Below, piece after piece: positions 9,766 to 21,500 of a stretch of DNA of 64,000 nt; the stretch's first letter is position 1; each line of letters begins with the position of its first letter. The notes beneath the pieces are model-generated. The model was not told the DNA's origin and did not search any database. It saw only the letters and a list, made by a program, of their open reading frames with translations. This DNA comes from a virus (Duplodnaviria; Caudoviricetes). A program made the position numbers and the translations under genes. The stretch spans positions 1 to 64,000 of IMG/VR virus record IMGVR_UViG_3300013800_000006; one strand, given 5' to 3'.

Positions 9766-11141
9766 AAGTTTGTTACCATATCTTGTATGTCTTTTTCACG
9801 GGCATCCAATGCAGGACTTGCCCCCAAAGGAGTACCAATTGTAGCTTGCCCAGTAAATACAACAGGCTTATTAGTATTTATATCTGTATAGACATAGCTT
9901 CCATAAACCGTACATAACCAATTTTTAAAAGCTTCTTCATTTAAAGTAACTGAGGACTTTAAAACTCCTACTCGTTGTGGAACTTTATAATTTGCGCGAG
10001 CCACACCTGTTGCCGGTGTCAAAACTCCCATTGCATTAACATGTGCCACTTCTGTTGGACTTAGTGTTTTTGAAAATCTTACTTTTTGTCGGACATTATA
10101 TTTTTTAGTGCTGCCAGTCGCAGGATCAGTATAAGTAGCCTCCGTATCTACCCATTCATCCACATCAACAGATTCACCAGGACCACGAAATGTAGGTATC
10201 AGTATTCTATTGTTTTTAGAATCAAAAAAAGCAGATTCCGCTGCAATTGTAAATTCTGAAAAACTCCCTACAAAATTGCCCAAATTTGCAATAGCGGAAT
10301 TACTAAAATTAATAGATTCAGATATTTCCCGCATAACAGGAAATCCACCTTGTTCCGTAAATACACACTCTACTAACTTCCCTTCTCTTCCAAAAACAAC
10401 TCTTAATTCTGGCTTACCCGTTGCATACACAGGATATAAGAATAACAATGAATATACACTACTTGGACCCATTTCTAATGTATGCATAACGGTCCAACTT
10501 ACATTCATTTTTAGATCAAGCACTAAGTTAGTGTTTTCACTTGAAGAATCATCATATTTTTTACTATTGTCTTCATTATCTTTACAATCAGCACGAGACA
10601 GTGTTAAAGAAGATTTATTACCATCACTCGCTACTGCTGCAATTAATGCTTCAACAATTGAATCATCGAAAGGCCAATTAAATTTAAACCTACTTCCTAA
10701 TGATTTATATTTTATTCTGACCACACAAAATATGTCATTTTTACCGGTCCATTTTACTTCTTCTGTTTCCATGTCAAATAACAAGTGCCCAGCACTTGTA
10801 GGAACAAGAGCACTATCTTGAAGTGTTAATACGGACCCTACCACTTTCATTGAATAAACATGCACAACACCAGGAGTACTGACGCCTACGGATTTACCAC
10901 CTGAAATAATAACGGGTTCATCAACATCTTCATAATATTTACCTAATGGATTATAACTACCTATTGTACAATCCATATTTACTTGCAAGGATTTTTTATT
11001 ATAAAGAATAAACTCAATATCATCGCATTGAGTATCTTCGACCTGCTTTAATGCAATAGTAGTAACTGCACTACCATCACTCTTGGTGTCGTCCGACTTA
11101 GTGAACGTAACATCAAAAGTAGGTCGAAGATCCTTAGACAT
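9762..11141 (-). CDS. Tail-tip region protein (459 aa)
   Basis: ORF track; operon context. Confidence 0.55.
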   Translation of the reverse strand: MSKDLRPTFDVTFTKSDDTKSDGSAVTTIALKQVEDTQCDDIEFILYNKKSLQVNMDCTIGSYNPLGKYYEDVDEPVIISGGKSVGVSTPGVVHVYSMKVVGSVLTLQDSALVPTSAGHLLFDMETEEVKWTGKNDIFCVVRIKYKSLGSRFKFNWPFDDSIVEALIAAVASDGNKSSLTLSRADCKDNEDNSKKYDDSSSENTNLVLDLKMNVSWTVMHTLEMGPSSVYSLLFLYPVYATGKPELRVVFGREGKLVECVFTEQGGFPVMREISESINFSNSAIANLGNFVGSFSEFTIAAESAFFDSKNNRILIPTFRGPGESVDVDEWVDTEATYTDPATGSTKKYNVRQKVRFSKTLSPTEVAHVNAMGVLTPATGVARANYKVPQRVGVLKSSVTLNEEAFKNWLCTVYGSYVYTDINTNKPVVFTGQATIGTPLGASPALDAREKDIQDMVTNL

Positions 11142-12145
11142 TATTCTGACTCACCTTCTACAACTAACACAAAACGATTGCCCGCCATGCTGGGCGTATT
11201 AACGGGAATCACACGTTTTAGCCAAATGCCTTTCGCACTAGGTGTTACAGTAAATGTTATCGTATCACCCGCTTGGAATGTTCCACCAAATCCAGATGCA
11301 TTAATTGTCCAATATGGAGCACCTACACTCGGATTATTAGGTGCACAATTAACACCACTAATATTACCGGACCCCAACGACCCTAATGTATCACCCAAGA
11401 TTGTAAAAGCAGTGGATGATGTAAACGTTAAGGTCACATTTTGACGAATGGACCCATTATTATCTCCCAAAATCGGGAAATTAGTATTATCATAAGTACC
11501 GCCAGCCGATGTAACAACCGGAGCACCAACAGAAGTTTGAAGTGTGGATAACGATAATAAACTACTCACCCGTGTTGCTTGACTAACTGAAGAATATGAA
11601 TTATCTAAACCAGTGTCCAAACCGATTGTAGCAACATCTCCAGCCCAAGTCACACTTGTAATCGTTCTATATTCTTCATTACCTGTCAAAGCATCAACAT
11701 TGGCTTTATCGGAAATACGGATTTTATCACCTACTTGGAAGATATGCACAGCTCCATCTTCAACAAGTACAGTAATAGAAGTAGCACCACCCGATACAGA
11801 TGCAGATAACCAACCGCAACCAAACAACCTCGGACTACTCAAATCCCCTTGAGTATCCGTCAAAGTGCCCACAGCCAAAAACACCATATCTTCCGCTGGC
11901 GTAGGATTTTCAATATAAACAAACGTATTGAACAACCCACTACCTAAAGATTCTTTATTTTTGACAAATAGCTTTCGCCATTGTCCAGAGTTTCCAGCAA
12001 TACGTTGTGCTTGAGAAACAACTGGAAATACATTAGCACTTACATTATCTACAATCTGAATGGTTCCCATCTCACCACCATTCAGATTTGTATCATTTAC
12101 CGTAACCGAACGAAGGTTTACAATATCAGTTCTTTGAACAGGCAT
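11141..12145 (-). CDS. Tail-tip structural protein (334 aa)
   Basis: N-terminal GGEMG...NVFPVVSQAQRIAG...WRKLFVKN motif typical of genes following the tape measure in long-tailed phages. Confidence 0.6.
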   Translation of the reverse strand: MPVQRTDIVNLRSVTVNDTNLNGGEMGTIQIVDNVSANVFPVVSQAQRIAGNSGQWRKLFVKNKESLGSGLFNTFVYIENPTPAEDMVFLAVGTLTDTQGDLSSPRLFGCGWLSASVSGGATSITVLVEDGAVHIFQVGDKIRISDKANVDALTGNEEYRTITSVTWAGDVATIGLDTGLDNSYSSVSQATRVSSLLSLSTLQTSVGAPVVTSAGGTYDNTNFPILGDNNGSIRQNVTLTFTSSTAFTILGDTLGSLGSGNISGVNCAPNNPSVGAPYWTINASGFGGTFQAGDTITFTVTPSAKGIWLKRVIPVNTPSMAGNRFVLVVEGESE

Positions 12146-12150
12146 TTTGA

Positions 12151-12528
12151 TTACACCGAGAAAAGTTTAATGGAACCAATGAACCAGGCGCCGTACTCAG
12201 CACCATCAATTAAAGGTCGTAAATCTAAAGCTGGAGGATCTTGATGTTTGAACATAACTTGGAAAGATTCTAAACCATGAAAATCAAAATCATACACTTC
12301 ACCAGGGACATCAGCCATTTCTTTTAATATGGGTACTAAATCGGCTGCAATCCAACCTTGATCTTCATTAGCTTGTAATGTAACAGGTCGGCCAACTAAT
12401 TTAGATTGAACAAATACTCGCTGACCACACCCTATAGTCAAAATAACAGATTGAAGAACTTGATTGGATTGATGGCGGTCAGGCCATAACAAGTCATACC
12501 CTAATGGTACTCCACCTAATTTAACCAT
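12151..12528 (-). CDS. Distal-tail-like protein (125 aa)
   Basis: Immediately downstream of tape measure; LLWPDR...GRPVTL pattern. Confidence 0.5.
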   Translation of the reverse strand: MVKLGGVPLGYDLLWPDRHQSNQVLQSVILTIGCGQRVFVQSKLVGRPVTLQANEDQGWIAADLVPILKEMADVPGEVYDFDFHGLESFQVMFKHQDPPALDLRPLIDGAEYGAWFIGSIKLFSV

Positions 12529-12529
12529 G

Positions 12530-15500
12530 TTACCGCTCCAATTGTTTTGCAGCGGCCACTAAAGTTTTTATTTCATCTCGTGGAGATTTCATATTAACAA
12601 CCTTATTTCCAATATGTAAACGAACATCCACAAGTCCACTGGAGTCCACACTACCCGTATTTAGATTAGGAGTCAAGTATTGATTCATTCCAGCTAACGC
12701 CAAATTCGGGAAACCTTCAATAGCTCCACCAAATGCTCTAAATTGCAGTAATCCAGAATTAAGTGAATTTAAAAACTGTAAGCCATATCGTTCTACCATC
12801 GATTTACGAACGACATACTCACCCGGAGTTAGCATAGCAGGAACAGTATCTTCATTACCTGAACCGGGAACGATAGAACCTCGTAGTTTGCTCAAAATGG
12901 TAGAACCACCAGTAGCAAACCGACGAATTTGTGCTAATCCGCCTCGTGCAAACGCTTGTAAAACTTCAACTAATCCACCTTTATTATAACCACCTAATTT
13001 GTTCATAGATTGATTATGATTCACTAGATTAGTAATCACATCAATATTGACAGTCTTTTTATCATAACCCACTAACTGTTTAAGATAATCAATCGTTTGA
13101 GTTACTGCGGAATCTTCAGTTTTAACGGGCACAGTAGTAGGTGTAGTACTCAATAATGATTTAAGTTCTTCAACTTTAGAATAAGCTGTATTTAATGAAC
13201 TAAAATCAAATTGAACCGGAGTGCCATCAAGACTATTAGCAAAATCCGTAATCTTCTGTTTAAACTGATCTAATACACTAGAATCAATATGAACTCCTGC
13301 TGTCGCATCTGTTTGAAATTGAGTGACTTGATCTTGTAAATCTTTAAGTTTTGTTTCTACATCCGGGTTGATATAAAAACCAAACTCTTGTTTACGTACA
13401 TCAGCAAGATGGTTTTGAAACTCTGTGAGTTTATCCGAAACAGTCGTCAGGGTTTGTTCAGCTCCAACTGAAATGACTGGTACATCCGCAGCAGATTTTT
13501 TAGTTGTATCATACTGTTTAAAAGCTTCAGTAAGCGCCATAATTCCATTAGTGGTTTTATTAAAGTTGCCAATATCGACTATATCCGTTAAAGGTCCTTT
13601 ATTACTAAGATCATCACGAGTCTTAACCAATTGATCCAATTGAGCTTGAATTTGAGATCCACCCAAACCTTTACCAAAATTGTCAAACACTTTACCAGAC
13701 TGTTGACGTACATCATTCAATGTACTAATTACATTGGAAATAGATTCTTGATTGACTTTGAGTGTCAATTGGTTGTTATTAGTGGATGCCAACAACCCAT
13801 CTATATAATTGCTTACCGTGTCCATCCGCTGTAATTGATCTGGAGTAAATAAATCAATTTTAGCGGCATTGGCTTTATCTTGTAATGCACTCAAATTCGC
13901 CAACTCTTTTTGGACATTTTGCAGTGCAGCAACATCGGTTTGTAGATTTAATGGAGCAACATCTGTTTTGACTTCAACAGTTGGTAACTCCTTACTAGAC
14001 TCCGCAATTTGTTGGACAGTTGTACCAAAATCAGGTTGTTGCACTGTAGTAGGAATCGTGACCGGTTCAATCGTATTTTGCATGGCCGATTGAATTGCCG
14101 GTCCCGCTTGTTGCACTTCTTTTACAATTGTATCTGCATTAGTTTGTAATGAAACATCAATTGTTTTAATAGGCTGCTCCGCAACTGATTTAACATCTTT
14201 AATATCGGATGTTGTTATTTGTGCGGCATCACCTGTCCGTTTCAACGCATCGGTTACTTGATCTGACGAGCCAGTAAGTTCTTTAAGAGCAGGAGCCACT
14301 TCTTCTAAAACTTTACGGGTCTCAACTAATGCTTGAGTAGGTGCTTGACCTTTAGTACCGGATACACCAATTCTCAAATCCCGTAGAGGATCTGCTTTTG
14401 CCGCAATTTCAGTCAGTTTAACTCCAACAGTGTTAAAAGAATTAACCATCCCATCAATTTTAGTCGTATCTAAATTACCTAAAATCTCTCGCATCTTAGT
14501 TAATCGATCTATATCAACCTCTAAAACGTCCCCCACGCTTTTATCAATAAGTACACCACCTTTAGAATCAATACTTAAAGAATCACGAGCTTTACGAACT
14601 TTATCTAATTCATCATAAAATTGTTTTGGAATAGAAAGATCGGCTTTGGAATAAGTATCCATCAACTCATTAAGTCCTTTTTCATAACCGGAAAGAGCTT
14701 GAGTAATTGCTTCAAGCTGCTTTTGACCGTCACTTCCATCTTTAGTCACGTCTTTTAATGTAGTACCAACAGTAACACCTTCGGGTAACTGGTTAGTACT
14801 AATTGAATTAGTAAGTTTACTTAATTCTGTATAAGCAGCTTTTAACTGATTAACAGAATCCAATTGTTTTTGTGCACTCTCAGCATCTTGCTTATTACGT
14901 GATGATTGATCTCGTGCTTTTTCAAGTCCAATTTGCTGATTTTGGATCTTTTCCATATCCGCCAATGCTTGATCTGTATTTAAACCAATTGACAAAGGCT
15001 TTTCAAACATCCGATCCAATTCTAATTTCTTTTCAGCAATTGCCGAAAGCTTGGCAATTGCGTTGCCATCATCAAATTTAAGATCAATACTTTTGGCATT
15101 ATCTTTTTGTAACTGGATTAAACTAGTTGCTAAATCTTTCAAATCTTTTTCAACATTTGAAAGATCATTTGAAAATCCAGCTAACATATCTTCAAGACCT
15201 TTAGCAGTCTTTTCTAAAGTTGTTTGTTGGGCATCACCTGCTAATTTCAGCCGGTCACTAACATTCCCCATGCCTTTTTCAACAGTATTCAAACTATCTG
15301 TTACAAACTGTTTAGATTGTTGATCCCAAGGTTCTAGTGACAAGCCTTCAATTTTAGACATAGCTTGCTCATAAAGAGCTTTTGCTTTATCTAAATTGCC
15401 AGCCGTAGACTCTAAAGACGCTTGATCCGTAAGTTGCTGAATTTGTAATTTCTGTTTGGCTAACTTTTGAGCATCATTCAATCCAGAATTTTCAAGCTCA

Positions 15501-18500
15501 TCCCGTTTAGCATTAGCACGAGAAATAAAAGATTGCTTATCTTCTTCAATCTTTTTAATTTTATCAGCATTTGATTTATAAAGTTCTTTTACCCTATCCA
15601 GTGCTGACTGAACGGATTGGATACCTTTCAAATCCAAATCACGTCGTTTTGTTGCAAATTCTTGCTCCACTTTAATTCTATCGGCTGATCCAATTTTATA
15701 TAAAGGTAGGATAGAATTGTAATGAGCAGCAATTTCAGTTTTCTCTTTATTCAGACCCGAAGTAATAATTTTAGTTTTTTCATTCTCCAATCTAACTTTC
15801 GAGTCAAATAGTTTTTGATCAAATGTAATCGAGTACTGTAAAAAGACTCCAGTCTCCTTCTTTGCATCCGCTACAAAGTACCGAATTGCATCAGACCCAT
15901 ATTTGACCGCACCATTAATAGAAGTATTAAATCCTGAGTATTCAGCTTCTAATCGGACTGGAATCGTATAAACATTTTCAGTTACACTAGATGTTGCTCT
16001 AGTCAAATCATCAATTTGCCGTTCTAAGCTATTATGATAATAACTATACATCTGACTAGCAGTATCATTAGCAATTTTCTTTTGCTCACCTTGATATGAA
16101 GCAAATGTTGTAAATACATCTTTATTGACGGCTTTAACGTTTTTACCCCAACCTATCGCAGCACCCGATAATGTAGAAAATGTAGAATCTCCCAAGGCCG
16201 CCGTTGTGCTATAAGTTGCTTTAATTTGGGTCAGTGCAAATTCAGTTTGTTGTTGAATTGCTGAAATGCCCACATCCATTTTGGCTTTAGAAGCATTTGC
16301 AATTAAATCTCGATACTTGATAAATGCATCCGCATTATCCTTATAAATCTGCATGACCTTTTTCAAATCTTCCATACGAGTGGTCAATTCACTGACTTGA
16401 GTATCAGATGTTTTTATCATCTGTGCAACAAGGCGCTGCATTGCAGAGAATTGATTACTCAGAGTTACTTCTGCGGAAACTTTATTTGCTTCCGTTTTAA
16501 CTTGCTCCATCGTAGATTGTAGCGATTCGCGTACTTTAGCCAGTAACGCCGATTTATCAGCGGAATTTAAAGTAAAAATGCCTTGCATGAAGCTAGGCAT
16601 CCAACCGCGTAACCAATAAGGTGTATTAGCTTGATCCAAATCCTTTTCAATCTGCTTCATAACCGAATCAGTATCCACTACACCATGGGCTACTTTTATA
16701 GACGCAATGGCATCCGTAATAATAGAACTAACAGTCTTGCTAAATATAGCTGCTTTTTGTTTTATCGATTCAGTTTTAGCAAAAGAATTTTGGAGTTCAC
16801 TATCTAACGTTTCAATTAAAGTTGAAAAATCAAATTTAGTAGGTACTACATTAAAAATAGAACTCTCAACTTTTTGCAAGTTTTCTCTAGCCTGTTGTAT
16901 AGCATCCTCATCATTGCTGTTCTTAGCAACATCAAGAGCTGCTTCCGCAGCAACATACATTTGTTTCAATTGAAGCAATTGAGCATAATAAGCTTGAGTG
17001 TCCGACAATTCTTTTTGACTACTAGCTCTACTTGTATAGCTAGTATCTTGAACCACTCGCAAATGTTCCCGAAGCTTATTAATAAACTTTTCTTCAGCCG
17101 CAATCGCAGCGTCTTTATTCGCATACGTTGCAACTGCATTATTTAATACGGATACTGACTGAGCTAAATCATTAGCCACAGTCTTACTAGACAACATTTC
17201 TGTAGAAAATGTTGTCAAAACTTGTCCAGTTTCCGCAGTAATAACCTTTAATCCAGTAACTTGCCCAGTTAATGTGTCAAATGTCTTTTCAAGATTTAAT
17301 CCTTTTTTAACTTGATCAGAGGATTCATTATAACGAGTAACAACCTCATCCAATAACTTTTTAAATTTAGTAGTTTGTTCTTGAACACTCGACAAATTTA
17401 AAAGTTTACTTGTATCTAATTTAACATTCTGGTTATTAATCGCTTGCAAACTTACACCAACAGTTGCAATCTTTTTACCCAAATTTTCAAATTCTTTAGT
17501 ACTATTAACCGCAATAGCTGCTTGACGATCTAATTCAGCATTTACTGTGGTCATATTTTGCACTAAATAGAAAGTAACTCCTGCTAAAGTCGTTAATGCC
17601 GTAATAAACAAACCTATTGGAGTCGTAACCAGTGCTAAAGATAAAGCACGAAGTACAGCCACAAATCCAGCCAAACCACTACCCGCTTTAACCGCAGCCG
17701 CCCACGTTTCAGCTTGAGAAATAGCTAAAGCTTGACCTGATAAAGCGGCTGCAATCTGTGCATCTCTAACAACTAATAAAGCAGATGCAGTTTTAGTCAA
17801 TACAACCCATAATGTTTGTAGAATAGCTCCAAATTTAGCAGCCGGAACGAGCATCATGGACCATGCTAATGCAACCGTACCAATACCCAGTACCAATACG
17901 GCAAAGCCTGCTACCAAATTATCAATAATAGGTGTTAATGGTCCTAAAGCTTCACGAATTACTAAGATTTTACTAACAAAAGCAGTGGCGATTTCCACAA
18001 CAGGTTTAAGGGCCATACTTAAACTATGGCCGATTGACTCCCCTAATACCCCTAAGCTGTTACTTAGAATTTGCATCCGTCCCGCAAATGTCTTTTCCAT
18101 CATTGCAGCTAAACGAGCTGTAGATCCTTCCGCACCACTTAAATCAGATTCTAATTCTTTTAATTTATCAGAACCAATTTGCAATAGCGCGGCCATACCA
18201 GGACCGGCACGCTGACCAAACAGTTCTAATACTTCATTAGTTTGAACACCAGCTTCTTCAAACTGTTGTAACAAACTCACAAAACCAACAAACTTACCTT
18301 TAGAATCAGTAATTTGTAATCCAGCACCACCAATTCGGCGACTGAGTTCTTCCATGACTCGTGATTCTTCTTTAGTGGGATTCAATAACGCCTGGAATGA
18401 ACCACGTAAGGCTGTACCCGCTAAACTACCTCTTAAACCGGCATTGTGAAGTAAAGCAACGGCTGCCGCAGTATCTGTAATATCATTTTGCATTGTACCA

Positions 18501-21500
18501 GCAATGGAACCTACGTATTTAAACGAAGTTCCCATATCTTCCAGCGTTGCCGTTGTGCGAATAGCCGCCATCGACAAAATATCAGATGCTTTTCCAACAT
18601 CTTCTACAGCTAGTCTCTGACTAGACATCAACTGTACAACAGTATTAGTCGCGGAACCTAAATTGGTTTCGGCGGCGGTTGCAAGTTGTAGTACAGTGGG
18701 TAAAGCTGTTATCTGTTGTTCAACATCATAACCAGCTAATGCAAGTTGTTTAAAGCCATCTGCTGCTTGTTCAGCACCATAACGAGTTGTACTACCAATC
18801 GTTTCTGTCGTTTTTCCAAGATTTTCAATAGAAGCTTCAGTTTCTCCTGTAGCTCCTCTAATAAACGTTAAAGTATCTTCTAATTTACTAAATGCTTCTA
18901 ATCCTTTTTGAAACGGCTCAATCATAGCTTGCCCTAACATCTGCAAGCCCATCGTCATCATTTCCATATTTCTCATGCTGCCGACTAGATCATTTTCTAG
19001 TTTACGGACAGCCGAAGCAACTAAATCAGTTTTGTTTTGAACTTCTCCCAAACTACCCGCTAGTTTGGAAGCATTCTGATTTAGCATTAAAGTAAATAAG
19101 GATCTTAACCCTTTAGATAAAAACGCGGCTTTATCATCTGCTTCATGCATAGATGAAGCAATATCACCATAACCTTTTAAAACAGTAGAGCTTGGAGAAG
19201 ATCTATTAATAGTTTCCCGAAGTGTTGCTGACGCTTCCCGTGTGCGTTCTAATTCAATCCTTAAACTTTCTGCTCGATTACGAGCAGCTTCCAAAGATGC
19301 TGTATTAATAGAAAAACCCGCTTGAGCGGCGGACTCAGCTAAGTGTATAGACTTGGTAATTTCAATATATGACCTAGATAACTCATCTGCTTTAATTCGC
19401 AAATCATCCATGAAAGATTGTAATACTTCACGAGGCTTAGTTTCAAAATTGGTTCGCATCAAACCAATCTGAGTACCCGCCTTAATCAAATCATCTACTA
19501 AGGTTCGTATTGCAAAATCAAATGAAGTTCCAAAATTAGAGGTAGCACTAGCAGTACCTTGTAATGACTTTTCAGCTTGTTGGATTGCTTCATTTAACCG
19601 AATAACAGGTGCTACTGCGGTTTCTAATTCTTTTACTTTAGTACCAAGAGTTTCAACAGTGGCCGGAATGTTTTTAACATCTTGACCTAGTAAATTAAAT
19701 GCTTCATCAGCAGCTTTAGCCGCTTGTTGAAGTTGTGTAAGATCACCACCTGTTCCAACAGTCCTAATTGCAGTTTGCATAGCCGAATCCAAACGATTCC
19801 GTGCATTAGCAACTTCCGCAATTAAAGATTGACGTTCCGCAATTAACCGACTGGTTTCCGTTTTAATTTCTTTTAGAGTATCGGAACTAACACCCGATTG
19901 ACCCAAACGAGACAAAGATTGTTCAGAACTTTGAACCGCAGCATTTAACTGTGTAAACTGGTTTTTTAATTCTTGTAATCGACCGGTTTGCTGCAACAAA
20001 ATATCAAGAGAAGCACCACCTTTTTGCAATCCAACATTAATAGCCGCAGTCTGTTCCGTAACTTGTTTGCGTACTGCCTCTAATGCTGAAAGATTTACTG
20101 GACTAGAACTCATTCTCCGTTCAGCTTCAATCACCGATTGAATAGCGTCATAAACAGATTGTAAGTTCTTTTTATAATCACTATAAACATTTTGTAGTGA
20201 AGAAAAATCAGTTGCCGCAGTCGCAGCTTGTTTAAAAGCACCTGAGATTTTTATAATCTCAGCTTCATACTGTTTGGCAGCTTCTATCCCACTGGTCGGA
20301 ATTTGAGCTGACCCAATAGATTCAGCTAATCGACGGTATTCTGTATCAACCAATTTTGCACTAGATGCAAACCCAATTAAATTATTCTTAGAATCCGATA
20401 CACTTTGCTTTAATCGATTTAATCCATCAATTAAATCTTGTAATGAATTTACTTTAATATCACTGACACTAATTCCTTTTAATTGCTTAGGTAATTCAGC
20501 GCCAGTCCGGGCTAAATCCGAAAACTTTTTAATAGCAGAATCAATAATTTTACTATTTCTATTTAATACTTCATCAAAAATATCGAACTCTTTTACAATC
20601 GTAGCAACAGATGTATTAACCGAAGATGTAGATTTAATAAAACGGTCTTGGGCATCAAGTGCTTCTTGAAATCCGGTTTGTACAGATGTTACCCAAGTTT
20701 TGTAAATAATAGATTGATTAGATACTTCTTTTCCATTACGGATAATAGTATCCGTCAAATCGTTTAGCTTAGTAACAGTCTCCTGCCAACTTTGAACAGC
20801 TTGAGTTTGAGATTTACTAACTTTTCCAGTTGCAGACGCTGCATCTAAATTTGCTTTTTCAACAGAATAGATGGTATTAACATAATCCTGAACGATTTTT
20901 ATTAAAGATGAAAAATCGCTAAATGATTCTTTTACTCCATTAATAGAAACAGTTGCAATATTCCCTTTGACTGTAGTAACAAACTTTGTATAAATTTTAG
21001 TAAGATCGTTAACTAATTTAATAGGATCTTTAAGCCCATTTAACAAATGGGATAAGCTTGTCGCGATGGGATTAGTTAATTTAGATTCGCCTAACGATAA
21101 AATACCAGATCGAACGCGAACCAGTCCATCAACCACTAATTTTTCAAATGTCTCAGTCGCTTTAGCAGTTTGTACTAACGAAGCATCGATATGATCCGTT
21201 CTAATCTTGGCAATTTCAGAGTTTAGATTTTGAAATTGTCTGGATAATTGTAATACACGAGATTGAGCAGCACTGAGTTCCAAACTCAGTTGAGAACCAA
21301 AAACTTGACTGCCATCTTCTCGTTTTGAAAGGTCATATAACCCTTTCAACTTTAATGTAAGCTGTTCTAGTGATTGTTCTAATAATTTAGCAGTGGTTTC
21401 AGTTTTAGAAAAGCCACCAAAAGTTTCAGGCTGTTTCCCAGCCGTTGCAAATACATTATTTAAACCTTGTACAGCAACAGCCAATCGATTAACTTTTGTT

